Shown here piece after piece: positions 43,420 through 50,080 of a DNA stretch of 50,080 bases. Location of the stretch: positions 1-50,080 of the forward strand of contig NZ_SPQN01000020.1 in the NCBI RefSeq assembly GCF_004571065.1, given 5' to 3'. Made by a program: the position numbers and the translations under genes. This DNA is from Geodermatophilus sp. DF01-2 (lineage in GTDB: Bacteria > Actinomycetota > Actinomycetes > Mycobacteriales > Geodermatophilaceae). The notes beneath the pieces are model-generated. The model was not told where the DNA came from. It was given only the letters and a program-made list of their open reading frames with translations, and searched no databases. Each line of letters starts with the position of its first letter. Position 1 is the stretch's first letter.

Positions 43420-44892
43420 ATGAGCGACGAGTACAAGGTGGCGATCCTGGGCGCCGGCATCGGAGGCCTCGGCATGGCCGCCCGGCTCCGGATGGAGGGC
43501 GAGACGTCCTTCGTGATCCTGGAGAAGGCCGACGCCATCGGAGGCACGTGGCGGGAGAACACCTACCCCGGCGCCGCCTGCGACGTGCAGTCGCACCTGT
43601 ACTGGTACGCCTTCGACGACGAGCAGCCCAACTGGAGCCGGCTCTACGGGCAGCAGCCCGAGATCCGGGCGAACATCGACTCCTTCGTGGAGCGCCACGG
43701 GCTGGCCGAGCACATCCGGCTCGACGCCGAGGTGAGTCGGGCCACCTGGGACGACGCCGGCGGCGCGTGGGTGATCGAGACGGTCTCGGGCGAGCAGATC
43801 CGCGCCGAGCTCTTCATCGGGGCCTGGGGCCAGCTCAACCGTCCCTCCTTCAAGGGCATCCCCGGCCGGGAGAGCTTCCGCGGGGAAGCCTTCCACTCGG
43901 CGCAGTGGCGGCACGACGTGGACCTCACCGGCAAGCGGGTCGCCGTCGTGGGCAACGGCGCCAGTGCCGTGCAGATCGTCCCCGAGATCGCCGAGCAGGT
44001 CGCCTCCCTCACGGTCTTCCAGCGCTCGGCGAACTACCACGTGCCCCGGATGGACCGGCCCTACGACCCCGAGGAGCTGCGGACCTTCAGCGACCCCGCC
44101 CGCCTCCGGGAGAGCCGCGAGGCCTTCTACGCAGAGCACGAGAGCTGGGTCGGCGCGATGCAGCTCGAGAGCAACCCGGTGCTCGACGAGTTCTACCGGA
44201 TCGCCCGCGAGCTGCTGGACACACAGGTCCCCGATCCGGTGCTCCGGGAGAAGCTGTGGCCGGACTACCCGTTGGGCTGCAAGCGCGTCCTGGTCGCCGA
44301 CACCTACTACCCCGCGCTGATGCGGGACGACGTCGAGCTGGTCACCGACCGCATCGCCGAGGTCGTGCCGGAGGGCATCCGGACCCAGGACGGCACCGTC
44401 CACGAGTTCGACGTCGTCGTCTTCGCCACCGGGTTCGAGACGCTCTCCTTCCTCGGCAGTCTCGAGATCACCGGGCGCGACGGACGGTCACTGCGGGACA
44501 TCTGGCAGGACGGCGCGCACGCCTACCTGGGCATAACCGTGAATGGCTTCCCCAACTTCTTCCTGCTCTACGGGCCCAACACCAACCTGGGGCACAACTC
44601 GATCATCCTCATGCTGGAGTGCCAGTACGACTACGTCCTCCAGGCACTGCGTGCCCGCGAGGCTCACTCCGCGGTCGCCCTCGACGTCCGCGCCGACGCG
44701 ATGCAGCGGTACAACGACCAGCTGCAGGAGCAGCTCCGCAGCACCGCCTTCGCCGGCGGCTGCAACAGCTGGTACAAGACCGCGGAGGGCCACATCACCA
44801 ACAACTGGTCGGGCAGCGTGGACGACTACCGCCAGGCGACCCGACAGCTGCAGGTCGAGGACTACGAGATGCTCCAGTCCGCCACGGCCTGA
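43420..44892 (+). CDS. Flavin-containing / Baeyer-Villiger-type monooxygenase (second copy, different subfamily).
   Basis: GAGIGG (FAD), FRGEAFHSAQW (FxGxxxHxxxW), GNGASA (NADP); 490 aa. Confidence 0.85.
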   Translation: MSDEYKVAILGAGIGGLGMAARLRMEGETSFVILEKADAIGGTWRENTYPGAACDVQSHLYWYAFDDEQPNWSRLYGQQPEIRANIDSFVERHGLAEHIRLDAEVSRATWDDAGGAWVIETVSGEQIRAELFIGAWGQLNRPSFKGIPGRESFRGEAFHSAQWRHDVDLTGKRVAVVGNGASAVQIVPEIAEQVASLTVFQRSANYHVPRMDRPYDPEELRTFSDPARLRESREAFYAEHESWVGAMQLESNPVLDEFYRIARELLDTQVPDPVLREKLWPDYPLGCKRVLVADTYYPALMRDDVELVTDRIAEVVPEGIRTQDGTVHEFDVVVFATGFETLSFLGSLEITGRDGRSLRDIWQDGAHAYLGITVNGFPNFFLLYGPNTNLGHNSIILMLECQYDYVLQALRAREAHSAVALDVRADAMQRYNDQLQEQLRSTAFAGGCNSWYKTAEGHITNNWSGSVDDYRQATRQLQVEDYEMLQSATA

Positions 44893-44933
44893 CCGGGCGC
44901 TGGCGCCCGTCCGCCCCGCGCCAGGGACGGGCG

Positions 44934-46556
44934 TCAGGTCCCGGTCATCAGCTCCGCGGCCCGCTCACCGAGCATCACCGCGGTCGCCGCCGGGCCGCGT
45001 GAGGTGACCGTGGGCATGACGGAGGTGTCCACGACCCGCAGCCCCTGGACCCCGCGGACCCGCAGGTGCTGGTCGACCACGGCCCCGGGGTCGGAGTCCG
45101 GCCCCATCCGCGCCGTCCCCGCCAGGTGCACCGCGGTGGCCAGGGAGCGGCGGATCCAACGGTCCAGCTCCCGGTCGGAGGCGAGGACGTCGTCGGGCAG
45201 GCCGGTCCGCCCGGCGACCAGCGGGGCCATCGCCACCGTCCGCAGCAACTCGGCCGCCAGCCGCACCCCCTGCCGCATCCGCCGCCGGTCGGAGTCGGTC
45301 GTGAGGTAGCGGTACTCGATCCGCGGCTGGACCCGCGGGTCGGTGCCGGTCAGCGTCAGCCGGCCGCGGCTGTCCTCCCGCTGCAGCGCGACGCCGAGGA
45401 ACAGGTCGTCGCGACGCCGCGCGGTGTCGAGCAGCCGGTGCAGCGAGGCGCCGCGCAGCGCCCGCAGCGTGGCACCCGGCCGGCGCAGCACCCGCGCGAC
45501 CCCGGCGGAGGTCCGCGCCACCATCACCCGGCTGAACGGCTTGAGCCAGGGCAGCACCTCCAGGTCGCCGGGCACCGTCGAACCGTCGGCGGTGGCGTTG
45601 AGGACGCTGTGCAGCGGATGCAGGTCCCGGGGCATCGGCAGCCGCCGGGCCGGGCGCCAGGTGACGTAGACGTCCGGGTGGTCGGTGAAGTCCCTCCCCA
45701 CCCCGGGGACGTCGGCCACCACGTCGATGCCCAGGGCGCGGAGCTCGTCGGCCGGCCCGATGCCCGAGCGCAGCAGCAGCGCCGGCGACCCGACCGCGCC
45801 GGCGGCGAGCACCACCTCGGCGGCGCGGACGACGCCGTCCGCCGTCTCGACGCCCACCGCGCGGCCGGACTCGACGACCACCCTGCGCACGTGCACGCCG
45901 CCGCGCACGGTCAGCCCGGGGTTCCCGCGGCGCGGCGAGAGGTAGGCCATGGCGGTGTTCACCCGGACCCCGCCGGCCACGTTGAGCGGAACCGGTCCCC
46001 AGCCGGGCGGCCCGCCGGCGTTCTTGTCCGGCTCCGCGGGGAAGCCCAGCTCGGCGGCGGCGGCGCCGAGCGCGTCGGACAGCGGGTGGTCGTGCTCCGG
46101 TCGCTGCACCGGGACCGGGCCGGACGCGCCGTGGCCGGGCCGGTCGCCGTACTCCCGGTCGGCCTCCAGCCGGACGAACGCCGGCAGCACCGCGTCGGCC
46201 GACCACAGGTCGTTGCCGGCGGCGGCCCAGCCGTCGAAGTCGGCCCGGGTGCCGCGGACGAAGTAGCCGCCGTTGAGCGCGCTGGACCCGCCGGCCACCC
46301 GGCCGCGCGGCACCGGGAAGGTCACCTCCTCGGTGAGCACCCCGGTGAGGTCCCAGTTGGCCGGGTGCCCGGGGACTGCCGCGCCCATCCGGGCGGCGTC
46401 GGTGAACACGTGCGGGAACTCGACGTGGTCCGCGCCGGCCTCCAGCACCAGCACCCGCCGTCCGGCGTCGGCCAATCGCGCGGCCAGCGGAGCGCCGGAC
46501 GTGCCGGCCCCCACCACGACGACGTCCTCCCCGTCGACGTCCCACCCGCCCGTCAC
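44934..46556 (-). CDS. GMC-family oxidoreductase (choline/alcohol dehydrogenase-like).
   Basis: 540 aa from a GTG in a GTGA overlap with the ligase stop; VVVVGAGTSGAPLAARLA (FAD), GGSSALNGGY, C-terminal GMC block ...HLAGTARMG...VDTSVMP. Confidence 0.85.
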   Translation of the reverse strand: MTGGWDVDGEDVVVVGAGTSGAPLAARLADAGRRVLVLEAGADHVEFPHVFTDAARMGAAVPGHPANWDLTGVLTEEVTFPVPRGRVAGGSSALNGGYFVRGTRADFDGWAAAGNDLWSADAVLPAFVRLEADREYGDRPGHGASGPVPVQRPEHDHPLSDALGAAAAELGFPAEPDKNAGGPPGWGPVPLNVAGGVRVNTAMAYLSPRRGNPGLTVRGGVHVRRVVVESGRAVGVETADGVVRAAEVVLAAGAVGSPALLLRSGIGPADELRALGIDVVADVPGVGRDFTDHPDVYVTWRPARRLPMPRDLHPLHSVLNATADGSTVPGDLEVLPWLKPFSRVMVARTSAGVARVLRRPGATLRALRGASLHRLLDTARRRDDLFLGVALQREDSRGRLTLTGTDPRVQPRIEYRYLTTDSDRRRMRQGVRLAAELLRTVAMAPLVAGRTGLPDDVLASDRELDRWIRRSLATAVHLAGTARMGPDSDPGAVVDQHLRVRGVQGLRVVDTSVMPTVTSRGPAATAVMLGERAAELMTGT

Positions 46557-47869
46557 AGCCCCAGCGCCTCCGGCAGGTCCAGCCGGCGCACCTTGCCGGT
46601 CGAGGTGCGGGGCAGCTCGCCGAGCGGGTGCAGGCTCTTGGGCCGCTTGACCGGGCTCAGCCGCTCCCGGGCCCAGGCGGCGAGGTCGTCCGGGGCGGCG
46701 GTGCCCACGTAGGCGGCGACGACCCGCTGCCCCCACTGCTCGTCGGGGACGCCGACGACGGCGCTCTCCACGACACCGGGGTGCGCGTCGAGCACCGCCT
46801 CCACCTCGGCCGGGTAGACGTTCACCCCGCCGGAGATCACCAGGTCCTCGCGGCGGCCGTCCAGCCACACCGTCCCGTCGCCGTCCACCCGGCCCAGGTC
46901 GCCGACGGTCACCAGGTCGCCGCGCCGGGCCGCCGCGGTCTTCTCCGGCGCCCGCCAGTACTCGAACCGGGCCCAGCGCGGCACCGCGCACCACAGCTGC
47001 CCGCGCTCGTCGGTCACCAGCCGCCGCCCCGGCCGCGCCCGGCCGACGCTGCCGGGGTGGGCCAGCCAGTCCTCCGGCGAGCAGACGGTGAACTGGGCCT
47101 CGGTGGACCCGTAGAACTCCCACACGCTGCCCTCGGGCAGCGCGGCGAGCACCGCCCGCTTCAGCGGCTCCGGACAGGGCGCCCCGGCGTGCACGAGCCG
47201 CCGGAACGACGACCAGTCGACGCCGCCGTGCGCGAGGAGGCGCTGCAGGTGGGTGGGCACGCAGAACGTGGTGGTGGGTCGCTCCGTGGTGATGACCTCC
47301 GCCGCGCCAACGGCGTCGAACGGGCCGGGCAGCAGCACCTCCCCGCCGGCCAGCAGCGTGGAGACGGCGAACCGCAGCGGCGCCGAGTGGTGCAGCGGGG
47401 AGAGCACCAGGTGCCGGTCGGCCGGGCCGAAGCCCCACAGCTCGATCTCCTCGGCAGCCAGCGCGCGGGCGTCGTCGGCGGCCAGCACCCCGGACCACAC
47501 GCCCTTGCGGCGACCGGTCGTGCCGGAGGTGTAGTGCATCGGCCGGGCCAGCGGGACGTCGGCCAGCTCGGCCTCGTCGTCCCCGCTCAGCAGCCGCGCC
47601 GGGTCGCTGCCGGCGTCGAGGGCCGGGTCGGCGTCCTCGGCGAGCGCGGCCCGTTCTGCGGCGGGCAGCGCAGGGTCGAGCACCACCGGGACGACGCCGG
47701 TGCGCAGCGCGCCCAGCACGACGGCCAGCAATGCGGGGGAGGCGGCGGCCGAGACGAGCAGCCGGTCGCCCGGACCCAGCCCGGCCGTCCGCAGCGCGGC
47801 CGCCGCCCGCCGCTGGTCGCGCTCGCTCCCGGCCGCGCGGACCACCGCGACGTCCCTCACGGCGCCCAT
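46553..47869 (-). CDS. AMP-dependent synthetase/ligase (short acyl-/aryl-CoA ligase type).
   Basis: 438 aa; YTSGTTGRRKGV, ...TGDLGRVDGDGTVWLDGRRED..., ...TSTGKVRR. Confidence 0.8.
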   Translation of the reverse strand: MGAVRDVAVVRAAGSERDQRRAAAALRTAGLGPGDRLLVSAAASPALLAVVLGALRTGVVPVVLDPALPAAERAALAEDADPALDAGSDPARLLSGDDEAELADVPLARPMHYTSGTTGRRKGVWSGVLAADDARALAAEEIELWGFGPADRHLVLSPLHHSAPLRFAVSTLLAGGEVLLPGPFDAVGAAEVITTERPTTTFCVPTHLQRLLAHGGVDWSSFRRLVHAGAPCPEPLKRAVLAALPEGSVWEFYGSTEAQFTVCSPEDWLAHPGSVGRARPGRRLVTDERGQLWCAVPRWARFEYWRAPEKTAAARRGDLVTVGDLGRVDGDGTVWLDGRREDLVISGGVNVYPAEVEAVLDAHPGVVESAVVGVPDEQWGQRVVAAYVGTAAPDDLAAWARERLSPVKRPKSLHPLGELPRTSTGKVRRLDLPEALGL

Positions 47870-47936
47870 GGTTCGCTCCCGCGGGGCGCTCCGCTCCTCG
47901 CTCCTTCCTCGCTGCGATGCTCACGCTCCTGCTCGC

Positions 47937-48749
47937 TCACGGGAGCCGCACCCGGTCGCCGTCCAGCACGACGTGCCCCTCGGCGGCCAGCTTGTCCAGC
48001 GTCGCCCGGGTGGACTGCGCCGCGGCCGGCCACACCTCCCGCGGCACCTCGGCGTAGACGTCGGCCACCAGCTCGTCGACCGTCCGGGCACCGCGCACCA
48101 TCGCCGCGAGCAGCTGCCCCTCCCGGAACGCCCGGTGGGCCAGGTAGAAGTCCAGGACCGCGCCCGGGTCCTCGGTCAGCTCCGGTCCGTGCCCGCAGTA
48201 CAGCGCGCTCGGGCCCAGGTCGTGCACCCGCCGCAGGGACGCCAGGTAGGCCAGCACGTCGCCCTCCGGGTGGGTGACCACCGAGGTCCCCCGGCCCAGC
48301 ACGTGGTCGCCGACCAGCACCGCGCCGGACTCCAACCGGAAGGCCAGGTGATCGGCGGTGTGCCCGGGCGTGGGGACGACGGCGAGCGTCGTCCCGGCCA
48401 GTGCGAGCCGCTCCCCCGGCTCGAGCACCCGGCCGCCCGGCCCGGCCACCCGCGTGTCGGCGGCCGCCACCTGCGCGCCGAACCGCTCGCCCCACGGCAG
48501 CGCCGCCTCGGCGTGGTCGCCGTGGTGGTGGGTGACCAGGACGGCGACGCACCGGGCGTCCCGGGAGGCCAAGGCGGCCTCCACCGCGGCCAGGTGCGCC
48601 GGATCGTCGGGACCGGGGTCGACCAGCACGGCCTGCCCGCTGCCGGGGGCGCCCACCACGTAGGTGTTGGTGCCGTCGAGGGTCATCGGCGAGGGGTTCG
48701 GCGCCAGCACGCGGGTGACCAAGGGCTCCAGCCGCGCCGTCCGGAGCAT
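47937..48749 (-). CDS. MBL-fold metallo-hydrolase.
   Basis: VLVTHHHGDHAEAA (HxHxDH), downstream His/Asp ligands. The start is the ATG at 48749 (a GTG at 48803 is possible). Confidence 0.75.
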   Translation of the reverse strand: MLRTARLEPLVTRVLAPNPSPMTLDGTNTYVVGAPGSGQAVLVDPGPDDPAHLAAVEAALASRDARCVAVLVTHHHGDHAEAALPWGERFGAQVAAADTRVAGPGGRVLEPGERLALAGTTLAVVPTPGHTADHLAFRLESGAVLVGDHVLGRGTSVVTHPEGDVLAYLASLRRVHDLGPSALYCGHGPELTEDPGAVLDFYLAHRAFREGQLLAAMVRGARTVDELVADVYAEVPREVWPAAAQSTRATLDKLAAEGHVVLDGDRVRLP

Positions 48750-48834
48750 GGTCCCCGGCGCGGGGAGGTCCCAGGTGCTGCGCGGGTCGGCCGGGGTGCT
48801 CACGTTCGGCACGGTAGCCGCCGGCCCCCTGCAG

Positions 48835-48898
48835 GGTCCCCGGCCCCGTCCCGGGTCCCGCCCCGAGCCTGCGAGGGGTGGGGAGGACGGGGTCCTCT
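48835..48898. repeat. Copy B of the ~64-bp GC-rich dispersed repeat, followed by a degenerate second half-unit (48899-48930).
   Basis: gtccccggccccgtcccgggtcccgccccgagcctgcgaggggtggggaggacggggtcctctt matches 25807-25870. It sits in the divergent intergenic region between the MBL gene and the lipoprotein gene. Confidence 0.55.
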
Positions 48899-48959
48899 TA
48901 CGAGGGGCGGGGAGCAGGGGGCCCTCTTCCGGGGCGCGACCGGCGGATACCGTCGATGC

Positions 48960-49478
48960 ATGCGCTCCCCCGCCCCGCTGCTCCGCTCGGCCCTCGCGGG
49001 GGCCGTCGCCGTCGTCCTGCTCACCGCCTGCGGCGGGTCCGGAGACGACGAGCCGGCCGCTGCGTCCAGCACCTCCGCGCCGGCGACGTCGTCGTCCGCC
49101 GCGCCCAGCGGGACGACGGCCCCCGACCCCGCCGCCGAGACGTTCTGCACCGACATCACCAGCGCCTTCACCGAGCTGCAGAGCACGCTCGGCGCGACCG
49201 CCCCCGAGGAGGTGGCCGGCCGGCTGCCGGACGTCGTCGCCCGGCTGGAGCAGGTCGAGGCCCCGGCCGAGATCGCCCCCGACTGGGAAGCCCTGCTCGA
49301 CGCGTTCGGCCGGCTCTCCGACACGGCGGCCACCCTCGACCTCGGCACGCCGGCGGGACAGCAGGCCTACGCCGCGGCCGAGGCGGAGGTCAGCCAGGGC
49401 CTGGGACCGGCGCAAACCGCGCTGACCGAGTACGTCGTCGCCAACTGCGGCCTGACCTCGGCGGCGCCCACCGGCTGA
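48960..49478 (+). CDS. Lipoprotein of unknown function.
   Basis: MRSPAPLLRSALAGAVAVVLLTACGG (lipobox LTAC); Ala/Ser/Thr/Pro-rich linker, then a ~100-aa domain. Confidence 0.6.
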   Translation: MRSPAPLLRSALAGAVAVVLLTACGGSGDDEPAAASSTSAPATSSSAAPSGTTAPDPAAETFCTDITSAFTELQSTLGATAPEEVAGRLPDVVARLEQVEAPAEIAPDWEALLDAFGRLSDTAATLDLGTPAGQQAYAAAEAEVSQGLGPAQTALTEYVVANCGLTSAAPTG

Positions 49479-49485
49479 GAGAGGC

Positions 49486-49537
49486 CCCCCTGCCCCCGCC
49501 ACTCGCAGGCTCGCGGGTGGCGGGGACAGGGGGCCGC
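49486..49537. terminator. Long GC-rich hairpin between convergent genes (ggcccccctgcccccgccac ... gtggcggggacagggggcc).
   Basis: The arms are near-perfect reverse complements; likely a bidirectional terminator. Confidence 0.4.
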
Positions 49538-50080
49538 TCAGCAGCCGCCGATGCTCGCGCCGCGGGCACGCATCCACGGGACCGGGTCGACCTGACCGCC
49601 GTACATCGCGCCGCCGGGGTGGACCTCGAAGTGCAGGTGCGGTCCGGTGGACTGGCCCCGGTTGCCGACCTCGGCGATCTGCTCACCGGCGACGACCCGC
49701 TCGCCGGCACGGACGAAGTACTGGTTGACGTGCCCGTAGACGGTCACCGCGCCGTCGTCCCCGCGGATGTAGACGGCGTAGCCGAACCCGGTGGCCGTGC
49801 CGGCCCGCTGGACGATGCCGGAGTGCGCGGCATAGACCGGCGTCCCGATGGGCGCGGCGATGTCGACGCCGCCGTGCAGGGCGCCCCAGCGCCAGCCGAA
49901 GCAGCTGGAGGTGCGGCCCGAGGTCGGCTTGACGTAGGGCCCGGAGCCACCGGAGCCGCCCGCGCTCGCACCCGAACCCGAGCCCGAACCCGAACCCGAG
50001 CCCGAGCCCGAACCCGAGCCCGAGCCCGAGCTCGAGCTGCGGGCGGCCGCGCGGGCCGCGGCGGCCGCGGCGGCGAGATC
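49538..50080 (-). CDS. M23-family (LytM-domain) peptidase, C-terminal part. The gene start lies beyond the window end.
   Basis: In-frame translation from 50080: ...(S/G)n linker...YVKPTSGRTSSCFGWRWGALHGGVDIAAPIGTPVYAAHSGIV...VTVYGHVNQYFVRAGERVVAGEQIAEVGNRGQSTGPHLHFEV (HxxxD ... HxH metal ligands). Confidence 0.8.
   Translation of the reverse strand, partial: DLAAAAAAARAAARSSSSGSGSGSGSGSGSGSGSGSGASAGGSGGSGPYVKPTSGRTSSCFGWRWGALHGGVDIAAPIGTPVYAAHSGIVQRAGTATGFGYAVYIRGDDGAVTVYGHVNQYFVRAGERVVAGEQIAEVGNRGQSTGPHLHFEVHPGGAMYGGQVDPVPWMRARGASIGGC
49971..50030 (-). repeat. Hexanucleotide microsatellite (cccga[ag]) x ~10, coding an in-frame (Ser-Gly)n linker in the M23 peptidase.
   Basis: Read directly from the sequence. 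Confidence 0.6.

Noticed and set aside
44934-47924. 996-aa ORF-track fusion.
   Set aside because: It fuses the GMC oxidoreductase with an out-of-frame read across the ligase gene. It was split at the GTG at 46556.
44965-48277. ORFs 44965..46545(-), 45066..46712(+), 46628..48277(+) and the N-terminal 400 codons of 47700..49478(+).
   Set aside because: Out-of-frame or antisense to the GMC oxidoreductase, ligase and MBL genes. Only the last 172 codons of 47700..49478 (from 48960) form a credible lipoprotein.
49486-49537. Possible third copy of the 64-bp repeat.
   Set aside because: The similarity is limited to GC-rich runs. The region is better explained as a terminator hairpin between convergent genes.
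1-50080. CRISPR arrays, rRNA genes, IS elements or transposases, integrases.
   Set aside because: No direct-repeat/spacer architecture, rRNA-like sequence or transposase or integrase reading frame was seen. The only mobile-looking items are the two-copy 64-bp repeat and the low-GC TA islet.

Overview
A 50,080-bp window of very GC-rich (about 73% GC by eye) actinomycete-type chromosome. It is densely coding and has no rRNA genes, CRISPR arrays or transposases. Many adjacent genes share start/stop overlaps (GTGA or ATGA), so operons are tightly translationally coupled.

Layout, left to right:
1. A partial minus-strand DUF222-like gene with an acidic, proline-rich tandem-repeat tail (1-1478).
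2. A seven-gene translationally coupled minus-strand operon (1868-8822). In transcription order it encodes a processive family-2 glycosyltransferase (GT2), an exosortase/archaeosortase-like polytopic membrane protein, an ATP-grasp ligase, a UDP-GlcNAc 2-epimerase, a HAD hydrolase, a small secreted protein with a C-terminal tripartite sorting-signal-like tail (acidic motif, TM helix, Arg-rich tail; a candidate substrate for the membrane protein), and a PIG-L deacetylase. A membrane-bound GGDEF-EAL c-di-GMP protein is transcribed divergently.
3. An arsenic resistance unit (arsC-acr3, with arsR divergent).
4. A lower-GC islet carrying a Panacea (DUF4065) antitoxin-like gene followed by a ParE/RelE-like toxin gene, next to an SPFH gene with an apparent frameshift.
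5. Two highly similar alpha/beta-hydrolase paralogues, each near a Baeyer-Villiger-type flavin monooxygenase. Together with a GMC oxidoreductase, a Zn alcohol dehydrogenase, an AMP-forming ligase and TetR and PucR regulators, this looks like an oxidative ketone/alcohol catabolic module.
6. Four tRNAs (Lys; and Glu-Asp-Phe), a class A penicillin-binding protein (PBP), a sugar ABC transporter operon with a phosphotriesterase-family gene and an acyl-CoA ligase, a MoxR-VWA pair, and a partial M23 peptidase with an in-frame (SG)n microsatellite.
7. A roughly 64-bp GC-rich sequence present in two copies; one copy sits inside a GNAT gene exactly where its reading frame breaks.

Most of the long ORFs in the supplied six-frame track are antisense or out-of-frame artefacts typical of high-GC DNA. 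They were rejected after inspecting the translations.
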